The notes beneath the pieces were generated by a model that made no database searches, was not told where the DNA came from, and saw only the letters and a program-made list of their open reading frames with translations. Source: Candidatus Latescibacterota bacterium (GTDB lineage: Bacteria > Latescibacterota > UBA2968 > GCA-2709665). From it: DNA of 64,000 nucleotides. Within the stretch, counting starts at the first letter, position 1. Every line of letters begins with the position of its first letter. The translations under genes and the position numbers were made by a program. Location: assembly GCA_965219995.1 (NCBI GenBank), contig CBDCOX010000002.1, positions 512,001 to 576,000 on the forward strand, written 5' to 3'. Shown here one piece after another: positions 51,701-60,949 of this stretch.

Positions 51701-52360
51701 ATGCCTGCGAACAGCGAAAGTTGGACCGGGAGATGGCTCGAAAGAAAGACCTTCGAGCATACGAATGTTACGAAGGTCGAATTGCTTCAGCCACAGATAC
51801 TAAAGGTCTTTAGAAAAGAACATGAGACCGTACTGATCGGATGTGTCGCCGTGGATCGTGTCATCCCTTCCCAAATTGAGTCGCTACTTGAACAACCGTT
51901 TACTCTTTCGTTCATCGTCAACATACCGGCCGAGTCATTCTGGACAGGGCCAGCGATTGAATTAGCCGAGTCAAGGTCGTTGGGCTTCGGCGGAATGGAT
52001 GACCTATTCAGGGCCCTCAATGGTCCTGACGTAGGTTCCTATAGACGCAAGGAGTTCGATTATTTCGAGCGAGTGGTGAAAGAACACGATAACATCCTCG
52101 AAATTGACCGTGTTCACGATAGGAAATACTCCCTGACGAGGTACGAACATGGTCAGGTACAAGTGTTATTGTTGAACGAATACGCCCTTTGTGCAGAAAA
52201 AGTAAGGATATCGCGAGAGAGATATGGGTCGTTCAGGGTAATTCTAATCACGAACCCCAATGGAGAAGCAACGTCGCAGGCAAAGCGAGCTGCGCGTAAC
52301 TTGGGGGTTCGTATTCTGAAGATGCGCGGATTCTTGGGCTTTCTAAAGGACGGAACCTGA
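51701..52360 (+). CDS. Hypothetical protein with two tandem restriction-endonuclease-fold-like repeats
   Basis: Internal duplication (ER...EH.N....R.EH..V....T..A...A...M...L) with Mrr-like C-terminal pattern. Confidence 0.6.
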   Translation: MPANSESWTGRWLERKTFEHTNVTKVELLQPQILKVFRKEHETVLIGCVAVDRVIPSQIESLLEQPFTLSFIVNIPAESFWTGPAIELAESRSLGFGGMDDLFRALNGPDVGSYRRKEFDYFERVVKEHDNILEIDRVHDRKYSLTRYEHGQVQVLLLNEYALCAEKVRISRERYGSFRVILITNPNGEATSQAKRAARNLGVRILKMRGFLGFLKDGT

Positions 52361-52575
52361 GACCAAGAGCGAACATTTGCAAAATCGGTCGTGATTCTCC
52401 CACATTTCAATGAATTGCGATACCTAAATCTTAGTAGGCTATCACGGATCTTGTATACAATGAGTCGTCCGTAAGCTATTGAATAGTCCAGACTTGTGGC
52501 CGTCTCAAGATTCAGGATGAATTGCTAGCATTCGAGACGTTAAATCCTGGAATTCTGGAATAGGAAGGGTTGACT

Positions 52576-52887
52576 ATGAACTTAAAAAAAATAGTCGACT
52601 GCATTCTATTCAATGCCAAGCACATTTCACGAAGTGGATCAACTGCGACTTGGTATCTTTTCGGCTCAATAATAGGTTCAACGTACGCCGCGAAAGATGT
52701 CGATTTGCTGGTGGTGTGTGAAAATCACGATACTGCGACGATCGTTAGGGAAATAATGCGAAGGCCGTGTCTGTGTATTCCACTTCATATTGTACTCCTA
52801 ACCACTGAAGAAGAAACAGAACTAGGTTTCATTGAATCCGAAGATTGCGTAGAGATTTATCCAGATAGTGAATTGTCAAACAAATAA
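52576..52887 (+). CDS. Minimal nucleotidyltransferase domain protein
   Basis: YLFGS...KDVDLLVV; AGGAAGG RBS. Confidence 0.75.
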   Translation: MNLKKIVDCILFNAKHISRSGSTATWYLFGSIIGSTYAAKDVDLLVVCENHDTATIVREIMRRPCLCIPLHIVLLTTEEETELGFIESEDCVEIYPDSELSNK

Positions 52888-53355
52888 AGGGAGTGAATTC
52901 TTGTTCAATTGGATCTGCGATTGTAAGTGAGATTTGGATTGGCGAACAGCGCATACGGAATCGGAAGGTTTATGAAGAGGTGTACCGAACGACGAAATCT
53001 GTCTTAAAATGGGTACTATCTGTTGAAATGATGTAGGGACTCGTGCTAGATTTGCCGTTTGTCGTGGCCTGTGTCTCATGGCAGCATTGCGGGCAGACCA
53101 CACCTTCTTGCGTCCGTACCGTCTGGGGCTGTGTCTGCTCTGCCACGACCGTCTTCCACAGACCTATCATGCCAAAGGGCTCCCAATTCGATACTTCGCC
53201 TTGGAGCCCTCGATGTCTTATTGCCATCATGTATTGCGAGACTACGATATCGTAATGAGAGTATGACATTCCTATTTCCCTGGGCGGTTCAGTAGTTCGG
53301 GCACTTCGCATATGCAGTTTAGACACGCCCTTACGCGAAATACACAGACCATAAC

Positions 53356-53452
53356 CCACTGCCACTCTTGCGCAATGTTAAAGTGATCCCGGTCGACCAC
53401 GGCGCGGATCGCCCGGATACGCGAGGAATTTGAACGCGCCGAAGTCCGACCG
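53356..53452 (+). pseudogene. Internally deleted relic of a diverged amrB/MEMO1 5' end
   Basis: PLPLLRNVKVIPVDH vs PLPRIRNVEVIPIDQ (54485-54529); ARIARIREEFERAEVRP vs ARIGRIREGFEQAEVRP (54764-54814). Confidence 0.8.
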
Positions 53453-53460
53453 CAGATCCA

Positions 53461-53766
53461 GAATGAAAGCAAAGAGCGGCGCGTCTCCGGGCAGATGCGC
53501 CGCTCTCATTCTCGTACAGCTGGCGGTTGTCGAGAATTGGAAATCCCTGAGGAATTCCTAATAGACCATACGGTCGTCCATATTGTGCCATTCCCGAAAG
53601 ACCGGCAGCGCTGCGTCCCGCATGAACTGATGGGACGGGATTCGCCGCTCGATCCTCGGCAATTGTATCTCCCGGTAAAAGAATCCGTCGTCGAAACCGA
53701 TTTCCGCCGCGTCTTTGGCGGTATTGGCGTAGTAAATCTTCTCGATCCTTGCCCAGTAGATGGCGG
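53461..53766. repeat. 306-bp direct repeat copy 2
   Basis: Offset 2993 bp from copy 1. Confidence 0.95.
53473..53506 (-). terminator. Deaminase terminator hairpin (duplicated at 50480-50513)
   Basis: AGAGCGGCGCGTCT-loop-AGATGCGCCGCTCT with a T-rich tail on the minus strand. Confidence 0.7.
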
Positions 53767-54058
53767 CCAAGCACATCGGGTATGGCTCGCAACTGGCGTA
53801 GATTCCGCACCCGATCAGGTGAAAGGCGCGGAGTCGGGACCCCGCTCTCCTTATCGCCATCATCTCCGCGTGGGCTGTGGGATCGTTGCGCGCGATCACC
53901 TCGTTGGATCCTTCCGCGACAATCCTGCCGTCCTTCACGATAACCGCGCCGAAAGGGCCGCCCCGCCGCGTCCGCATCCGGATTCGTGAGAGTTCGATCG
54001 CTCTTTCCATGAATTCACGTTGCATCACCATTCGCTCCTTATCATCGTCAACTGGCAT
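53558..54058 (-). CDS. guaD: Nucleoside/guanine deaminase (cytidine deaminase fold), Zn motif altered
   Basis: GGPFGAVIV, DPTAHAE, SCEPYPMC (canonical PCxxC), AIYWA, IGFDD. Confidence 0.8.
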   Translation of the reverse strand: MPVDDDKERMVMQREFMERAIELSRIRMRTRRGGPFGAVIVKDGRIVAEGSNEVIARNDPTAHAEMMAIRRAGSRLRAFHLIGCGIYASCEPYPMCLAAIYWARIEKIYYANTAKDAAEIGFDDGFFYREIQLPRIERRIPSHQFMRDAALPVFREWHNMDDRMVY

Positions 54059-54511
54059 GGACGTACCCCGCTATCTTGTGACTGCGATCGTCGGGCAAAC
54101 CCGTGTGGTCGATTTTCGCGTCCCCGACGCCGGAGAGCCGCCATGGTTCACCCTTACGAAGTCGAAATATCCCTGGCCTTGACAGCGACCCAGCAGAAAC
54201 CTATGTTCCTGGCGCCCCCTAATCGTGTCGTTTAAGCAAACCGGGCAAGTTAGCCTTAATTCCGCAAAAACAGCAACGCGGCGACGCGATAAAACCCTCC
54301 GAAACGGGGCGTTATCGACGTATAGAAGGACGTTTTTTCCCTTCACCGCCAGTGATCTGGTGTATCCTGGTAATCAGCCGTCTAATCACCTTTATTTACA
54401 GGCACATATTCGAATTAACGTCCCCGAAGACTTACGAATCAAGGTTAGTATATACAACAGACTAAGCCGCACGCAACCGATACTCCGCTGCCCCGCATCC
54501 GCAACGTCGAA

Positions 54512-55786
54512 GTGATCCCGATCGACCAGGGTGGCGAACGTATGTTCTACGTGCGCGATCCGCTGGAGATCGCCCCCCAGCCGTTGGTTCTCGGACCGGC
54601 GGGGATGTTCGTTCTGTCGCATCTGGACGGCCAACACACCATCGATCAGATTCTCGAATCCCTGCATAAAGCGCTTCCGGGTGGCGAGGTGGGGGTTGGC
54701 GAGGTCCGTCACGTGCTGGGCAAGTTGAGCGAGAGTTGCTACCTGGACGACCGAGTGTCAGCGGCGCGGATCGGCCGGATTCGCGAAGGATTCGAACAGG
54801 CCGAAGTGCGACCGGCATGGCACGCGGGAACCGCATACCCGGACGACCCCGGGGAACTCGCGGGGATGCTTGACCGGCTCTTCGCCGCGGCTTCTGCCGA
54901 AAAGGGAAAGGACGGTGTCGCGAAGGGAGACCGCGAGGCGCGGCTCGCCGCTGTCATGTGCCCGCACATCGATCTGCGGGCCGGCGGGGAAACATACCCG
55001 CCGGCGTTTACCGCACTGGCCGAGGCGGCAGGCGCCGCTCAGCCGGTTGAACTCTATGTCATTCTGGGAGTGGCCCACAGCGGCGGCACTGAACCGGGAA
55101 AGAGCTTCGCCATCGCGACCGGCAAACACTACGAAACGCCCCTCGGGCGGGCGCCGGCCGACACAAACGTAATCGGAGACTGGTCCAGCCACGCCGGTCG
55201 CGACGTCACGGAACAACAGTGGCGGCACCGAACGGAACACTCCGTCGAATTCGCACTGCTGTTTCTGCAGTATATCCAGGCCCGGGCGGAACTCCCGCCG
55301 TTTCAGGTGGTGCCGGTCCTGCTCGGAAGCGTGGATCACCACCTGAATGAAGGACGGAATCCCCTGCATTCCCCCGAGGTGGCCAACGAACTCGAGGCGC
55401 TGCGGGCGGCGGTATCTGCAAGCGGGAAGCGCGCCCTGTACGTTCTCAGCGTGGACCTCGCGCACATCGGCCCCAAATTCGGCGACCAGGCAAGGGTCGA
55501 TGATGCGGCGGCGGCCGCCTGCGAGTCGACAGACCGCGACCTGCTGGGGTACGTCCAACGATTCGATGCAGCGGGTTTCTTCCGCAAGTTGAAGGCAGAC
55601 GGAAACGCTCGAAACGTGGACGCCGTCGCCGGCCTTTTCTCCCTCCACTCGCTTCTGCCAGGCGCCGTACGCCATGGCGATCTGCTCAGCTACGGGCAGA
55701 ACCGTCAGGAGGATACCGGTTCCCTGGTCAGCTATGCCAGCATGGCCTTTTATCAGGCGCCGACGGGTTCCGCGGATTGTGCCTGA
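54512..55786 (+). CDS. amrB: AmmeMemoRadiSam system protein B (MEMO1 family); true start probably further upstream
   Basis: RPAWHAGTAYP, PHID, EHSVE, SVDLAHIGPKFGD, SLVSYAS. Confidence 0.85.
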   Translation: MIPIDQGGERMFYVRDPLEIAPQPLVLGPAGMFVLSHLDGQHTIDQILESLHKALPGGEVGVGEVRHVLGKLSESCYLDDRVSAARIGRIREGFEQAEVRPAWHAGTAYPDDPGELAGMLDRLFAAASAEKGKDGVAKGDREARLAAVMCPHIDLRAGGETYPPAFTALAEAAGAAQPVELYVILGVAHSGGTEPGKSFAIATGKHYETPLGRAPADTNVIGDWSSHAGRDVTEQQWRHRTEHSVEFALLFLQYIQARAELPPFQVVPVLLGSVDHHLNEGRNPLHSPEVANELEALRAAVSASGKRALYVLSVDLAHIGPKFGDQARVDDAAAAACESTDRDLLGYVQRFDAAGFFRKLKADGNARNVDAVAGLFSLHSLLPGAVRHGDLLSYGQNRQEDTGSLVSYASMAFYQAPTGSADCA

Positions 55787-55872
55787 GCCATCGGGCCCTC
55801 TCGCCCCTCCTTTCTTGTTTCTCGCATCGACCATTCTTGGGCGTTATATTACACCTGCTGCGTAACATTCTA

Positions 55873-56120
55873 TGGTGAATTATTCACGAAAACCCATGGT
55901 TTTGATGTATAACGGGTTGTTTTTCAATAAATCCAGCGAAGTAGTATGCGACAGCATTTCATGCATTACGAAATTGATTGGTCAGGGTGATGTTTCGTAG
56001 CCGACCGAGGTAAGTATCCATCGGCTTGGCCCGGAATCGTGAGTATTTGTCCTGCTCTTGGTCTTTATCCTGTTCATCCTGTCCATCCATGTTAGTTCAT
56101 GTTTAGTGAATTATTCAGGC
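55873..56120 (+). mobile_element. 248-bp TA-flanked MITE-like element, copy 1
   Basis: Ends TGAATTATTCAC / GTGAATTATTCA; TA on both flanks; similar to the reverse complement of 63338-63585. Confidence 0.8.
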
Positions 56121-56141
56121 TATCGTCCAGGAGGCCGAGAA

Positions 56142-56990
56142 ATGTCCCGGAAGTGGCTGCGCGTCGCCGCGGTTCAGATGCACGCCGGCGAAGACATCGA
56201 GAAAAACGCGGACGGCATTGTCGACCGGCTGGCTGCCTGCGCCCGTGAAAACGTGGACGTCGCCGCATTCCACGAAGGCGTCCTGTTCGGCTATTGCGAC
56301 CGACCCGACTTCTGGACGCAGCGCAATCAGGCCCGCATCGAGAACGCCGAAAGGAAGATCGTCCACGCCTGCCGAGAAGGGAATATTGCGGCAATCGTCG
56401 GTTCGACCCATCTGGATGGCGGAAAACGTTTCAATAGCCTGCTCGTCGTAGACCGGGACGGCACGGTTAAGGGACGCTATGGCAAGATCCACCTTGCGGA
56501 CGAGCGCTGGTTCGAGCCCTCCCAGCACCTCCCCATCTACCGGCTGTGCGGCGTTCCGTGTTGTTTTCTGATCTGTCACGATATTCGCTATCCCGAACTC
56601 GTGCGGCTGCCCGCAGCAGCCGGCGCCGAGGTCTGCTTCTTCTGCAGTTGTGAGAGCTCCGTCACTTCGGAGTATAAATTGTCCGCGTACCGGGCGATGC
56701 CCATCAGCCGCGCGACCGAGAACGGGATTTACGTCGTGATGGCCAATGCGCCGGCCGATCCGTCGGATATCGACCGCGCGGGGTCTTCGCATGGTGAATC
56801 GAAGATCATCCATCCGGACGGCAACGTGATGGCGGAAGCCGGCATGTTCACCGACGAGATCGTCATCCGCAGGCTGGATCTGCGCCTGGCATCGCGAAAT
56901 ATCGCGATACGCGCCGTCAACGATGTCACGTGCATCAGCGACTGGATGAAGGACGGCGTGAGGCTTGTTGAGGGGGGAAACGCGCGATGA
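56142..56990 (+). CDS. Carbon-nitrogen hydrolase (nitrilase superfamily)
   Basis: FHE, YGKIHL, LICHDIRYPE (E-K-C triad), SRATEN. Confidence 0.9.
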   Translation: MSRKWLRVAAVQMHAGEDIEKNADGIVDRLAACARENVDVAAFHEGVLFGYCDRPDFWTQRNQARIENAERKIVHACREGNIAAIVGSTHLDGGKRFNSLLVVDRDGTVKGRYGKIHLADERWFEPSQHLPIYRLCGVPCCFLICHDIRYPELVRLPAAAGAEVCFFCSCESSVTSEYKLSAYRAMPISRATENGIYVVMANAPADPSDIDRAGSSHGESKIIHPDGNVMAEAGMFTDEIVIRRLDLRLASRNIAIRAVNDVTCISDWMKDGVRLVEGGNAR

Positions 56991-57018
56991 GTCGATTCAA
57001 TCAGCCGGAGGCGTATGG

Positions 57019-58476
57019 ATGAGAGGAACCCGACCGAACATCCTGTGGATCTGTACGGACCAGCAGCGGTACGATACCATCGGCGCCCTGGGGAATCCCC
57101 ACGTCGACACGCCCAATATAAATCGCCTGGTCGCCGATGGGTTCGCGTTTACGCACGCGTACTGCCAGAGCCCGATCTGCACGCCCAGCCGCGCGAGTTT
57201 CCTGACCGGCCAGTACGCGAGCGCCGTCCACGTGAACGGCAATGGGAATTCACATTTTCCGGATGCGCCTCCCCTCGTCACGAAGTTGCTTGCCGACAGC
57301 GGCTACGATTGCGGCCTGATCGGCAAGTTGCATCTGTCCAGCGCGTTCGGGCGCGTGGAAGCGCGTGTTGATGACGGGTACCGGTACTGGCAATACAGCC
57401 ACGCGCCGCGGGACGACTGGGAGACCGGACACGACTACGCAGACTGGGTACGGTCGAAGGGAGAGGTGCTGGGTGAGTTGACGAAAAGCCTGGACGGTGT
57501 GCCAGCGGCATTGCACCAGACGACCTGGTGTGCGGAAAAAACCATCGACTTCATGAGCGAAGCACGTGAAGGACCCTGGTTGGCCTCCGTCAATATCTAC
57601 GACCCGCATCCGCCGTTCAACCCGCCGAAAGCGTACCGCGACCTGTTCGATCCGGAACAGGTAGGCGACCCACTGTTCAGGGAAAGCGACCTGGCGCAGC
57701 AGGAGAAGCTGGAGGCCATCGACTTTCAGTCCAAAGGGCGGCATCCGAGTGAACTGGACATCAAGAGCCCCGTGATCCCCTGGACGCAGACTCGTGGCCT
57801 GGTCGAGCCGGAGACGACCGGAAAACGGGACGCCAGGACGCTCATCGCCGCGTACTACGCGATGATCAAGCTGGTCGACGATCAACTCGGGCGGATCATC
57901 GCCGCGCTGGAAGCCACAGGCCAGCGCGAGAACACACTGGTCATCTTCACCAGCGATCACGGGGAGATGCTGGGAGACCACGGGCTGATTCAGAAGGGGT
58001 GCCGGTTCTACGAAGGGCTGGTGCGGGTGCCGCTGATTTTCTCCTGGCCGAATCATGTGAAATCGGGGCAGAGAAGCGACGCGCTCGTCGAACTGCGCGA
58101 CGTCGCCCCGCTCCTGCTGGAACTGGGGGGCTTGCCGGTGCCCGATCGGATGCAGGCGCGTTCATTGGTTCCCATGCTCAGCGGCAAAAGGTCACCCGGC
58201 GAACACCGCGAATTCGTTCGTTGCGAGTTTTACGACGCCCTGGACCAGGCCGACGGGACCTTCGCCACCATGTACCGCGACCGCCGGTACAAGCTCGTGG
58301 TCTATCACGGGCACGGCCTGGGCGAACTGTATGACCTCGAGGAGGATCCCGGCGAGTTTGACAATCTCTGGGACAACCCCGATCACGCCCACGTCAAACT
58401 CGACCTGATGCAACGCAGCTTCGACGCCTCCATGCTCGCCATGGACCGAGGCCCCGACCGCATCGGACCGATGTGA
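57019..58476 (+). CDS. Formylglycine-dependent sulfatase (S1)
   Basis: PNILWICTDQQR, CTPSRAS, GKLH, PHPP, FTSDHG. Confidence 0.95.
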   Translation: MRGTRPNILWICTDQQRYDTIGALGNPHVDTPNINRLVADGFAFTHAYCQSPICTPSRASFLTGQYASAVHVNGNGNSHFPDAPPLVTKLLADSGYDCGLIGKLHLSSAFGRVEARVDDGYRYWQYSHAPRDDWETGHDYADWVRSKGEVLGELTKSLDGVPAALHQTTWCAEKTIDFMSEAREGPWLASVNIYDPHPPFNPPKAYRDLFDPEQVGDPLFRESDLAQQEKLEAIDFQSKGRHPSELDIKSPVIPWTQTRGLVEPETTGKRDARTLIAAYYAMIKLVDDQLGRIIAALEATGQRENTLVIFTSDHGEMLGDHGLIQKGCRFYEGLVRVPLIFSWPNHVKSGQRSDALVELRDVAPLLLELGGLPVPDRMQARSLVPMLSGKRSPGEHREFVRCEFYDALDQADGTFATMYRDRRYKLVVYHGHGLGELYDLEEDPGEFDNLWDNPDHAHVKLDLMQRSFDASMLAMDRGPDRIGPM

Positions 58477-58848
58477 GGGAGGGGATGGAGAGACCGACTG
58501 GTTCGTCCGGCGAGAAGTTGCTCGTATCTGAGGGTGACCGGTAAGTTGGTCTGGAAAAACCACAACGCTCTGTGAAAGATTCTTGCATTTCAGGAGTATC
58601 AAATTGGAAAACGGCACCGTGTCGCAAGCAAGTCGTCACGATCTTTCGTGTCTTAAAATGGGGTCCTGTATCGGCTCACACCCGCAATCATCGTCTAACC
58701 GTATCGTTTCTCGAATCTGAGAAATCCAACGGGTACGCTTATTGCGGTACATGAACCATCCAACACTTACCGAGTAGGCTTGAGGTCGACTGCCACAGGC
58801 CTGCAATGTTGCTCGCTGTTCAGCAATTCCAGTGGAGGATGGTTCAAT

Positions 58849-60948
58849 ATGACTGAGAAATCAGATGCTCTCGATCTGCTCAGGCTGGCGACGGATGAAC
58901 GGGCCCTCGATTTCAGACAGGGCCAATGGGAAGCCATCGACGCTCTGGTGAACAGGAGGTCGCGACTGCTTGTTGTCGAGCGGACAGGATGGGGCAAGAG
59001 TTCGGTCTACTTCATCGCGACACGCATACTGCGCAACCGCGGGCGCGGACCGACACTGATTGTCTCTCCTCTCCTCGCCCTGATGCGAAATCAGATCGAC
59101 GCTGCGGATCGCCTGGGGATCCGCGCGCTGACGATCAATTCAGCAAACAGAGAGGACTGGCCGGAAGTTCGGCGTGCCATCCGGGTGGATGAGGTTGATG
59201 CGCTTCTGATTTCACCCGAACGGCTGTCGAACGACGAATTCGTCGTAACCGTCCTGTTGACAATTGCCGAGCGAATTGGATTAATGGTCGTGGACGAGGC
59301 GCATTGCATATCTGATTGGGGTCACGATTTCCGCCCCGACTACAGGCGTCTCGTACGAATATTGCAGAGAATTCCTGACAATGTGCCGATTCTGGGTACG
59401 ACAGCGACGGCAAACGATCGTGTTGTTGAGGATGTGCGGGCGCAGCTTGGCGATTTGGATGTACAACGCGGGCCCCTTGTGCGTCGAACACTTGCACTTC
59501 AAAAGATGCGGTTGCCTTCGCAGGTGGAGCGACTGGCATGGTTGGCGGATCACATCGATTCTTTGCCTGGAACGGGAATCATCTATACCCTGACCAGGCG
59601 CGACGCGAACCACGTTGCAGACTGGCTGCAGATTCGCGGCATTTCAGCGAAAGCGTACTACAGTGGCGTGGTGGATGCCGACTTCGGTGGCTCGAATGCC
59701 TATCGTCTGCACCTTGAAAAAAAGCTGCTTCGCAATGAGATTAAGGCACTGGTGGCCACTACGGCGCTTGGGATGGGATACGACAAGCCGGATCTGGGTT
59801 TCGTGGTCCATTACCAGGCGCCGGGCTCGATTGTCGCCTATTACCAACAGGTTGGTCGAGCGGGTCGTGCCACTGAGTCCGCGATTGGAATATTGATGTC
59901 CGGAGATGAGGACGCGGTCATTCATGAGTTTTTTCGGCGAAGTTCCTTTCCGGAGGAAGAGTGGATAATCGAGATACTTGGGGCCTTGGAAGATAGCGAT
60001 GGCCTACGCGTCCGCCAACTCGAGGAGGCAGTTAACCTGATGCGCGGTCAAATTGATCAGGCGCTCAAATTTCTGTCTGTAAACGACCCCGCACCCGTTA
60101 TCAAATCAGGTTCCAGTTGGCAACGAACCCCGGTTCATTATCAGATGGACCGTGAACAGATCCGCAGACTTACGGAAAAACGTGAGATCGAGTGGCAGGA
60201 GGTGCAGGAATACATCGAAGAAGACAGGTGCCTTATGTTATTCCTCACACGTGCACTTGATGACGTGGACCCCCAACCCTGTGGCAAGTGTGCTTCATGC
60301 CTCCGCAGACCTCTCGTCCAGGTGTCTTTTCAACGCGAGACAGCGATTGCGGCTGCCCGTTTCCTTCGTCAATCCGAGTTTGCCCTGGAATGCAACAGGC
60401 AAGTTGCACGGGATGGGTTCCCGGAGTACGGTTTTCGCGGAAATCTGTCCGGCGATCTTCGTGCCGAAACGGGACGAATCCTCTCCCGATGGGGCGACGC
60501 CGGCTGGGGACAACGGGTCGCCGATTGCAAGCACGGTGGCCACTTTAGCAACGACCTTGTGGCTGCGGTCGTGGAGATGATCAACGATCGTTGGAAGCCA
60601 TCGCCGACCCCGAAATGGGTCACGTGCGTCCCGTCCCGAAACCATCCGGACCTCGTCCCTGACTTCGCGAAGCGGTTGGCGGCGGCATTGGGATTGCCAT
60701 TCAGGCCGATCGTAGAAAAGGTAAAGGTCAACGAACCGCAAAAGCTGCAGCAGAACAGGTACCATCAGTGCAGGAACCTCGATGGCGTATTCGCGATCCA
60801 CGGCTCTGTCCAGGGAGGTCCGGTTCTTCTGGTCGACGACGTCGTCGACTCCGGATGGACGTTGACTGTCATCGCAGCGTTGCTTCGAATGGCCGGCAGC
60901 GGTCCCGTTTGGCCGCTGGCTCTATCGACGACAAGAATGGCAGCTTGA
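58849..60948 (+). CDS. RecQ-family helicase with C-terminal PRTase domain (RqlH-like)
   Basis: TGWGKS, DEAHCISDWGHDFRPDY, TATA, QVGRAGR, Zn-binding Cys cluster, LLVDDVVDSGWT. Confidence 0.9.
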   Translation: MTEKSDALDLLRLATDERALDFRQGQWEAIDALVNRRSRLLVVERTGWGKSSVYFIATRILRNRGRGPTLIVSPLLALMRNQIDAADRLGIRALTINSANREDWPEVRRAIRVDEVDALLISPERLSNDEFVVTVLLTIAERIGLMVVDEAHCISDWGHDFRPDYRRLVRILQRIPDNVPILGTTATANDRVVEDVRAQLGDLDVQRGPLVRRTLALQKMRLPSQVERLAWLADHIDSLPGTGIIYTLTRRDANHVADWLQIRGISAKAYYSGVVDADFGGSNAYRLHLEKKLLRNEIKALVATTALGMGYDKPDLGFVVHYQAPGSIVAYYQQVGRAGRATESAIGILMSGDEDAVIHEFFRRSSFPEEEWIIEILGALEDSDGLRVRQLEEAVNLMRGQIDQALKFLSVNDPAPVIKSGSSWQRTPVHYQMDREQIRRLTEKREIEWQEVQEYIEEDRCLMLFLTRALDDVDPQPCGKCASCLRRPLVQVSFQRETAIAAARFLRQSEFALECNRQVARDGFPEYGFRGNLSGDLRAETGRILSRWGDAGWGQRVADCKHGGHFSNDLVAAVVEMINDRWKPSPTPKWVTCVPSRNHPDLVPDFAKRLAAALGLPFRPIVEKVKVNEPQKLQQNRYHQCRNLDGVFAIHGSVQGGPVLLVDDVVDSGWTLTVIAALLRMAGSGPVWPLALSTTRMAA

Positions 60949-60949
60949 T

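Noticed and set aside
52576-52887. CBASS/cGAS-like cyclase interpretation
   Set aside because: About 100 aa is too small for a CD-NTase, and the HNH protein has no recognisable SAVED domain
53000-53013. 14-mer TGTCTTAAAATGGG shared with 58649-58662
   Set aside because: A single 14-bp match is expected by chance in 64 kb and does not extend
56058-56141. N-terminal extension of the nitrilase, and ORFs 63494-63703 and 63205-63456
   Set aside because: They are largely translations of the 248-bp MITE
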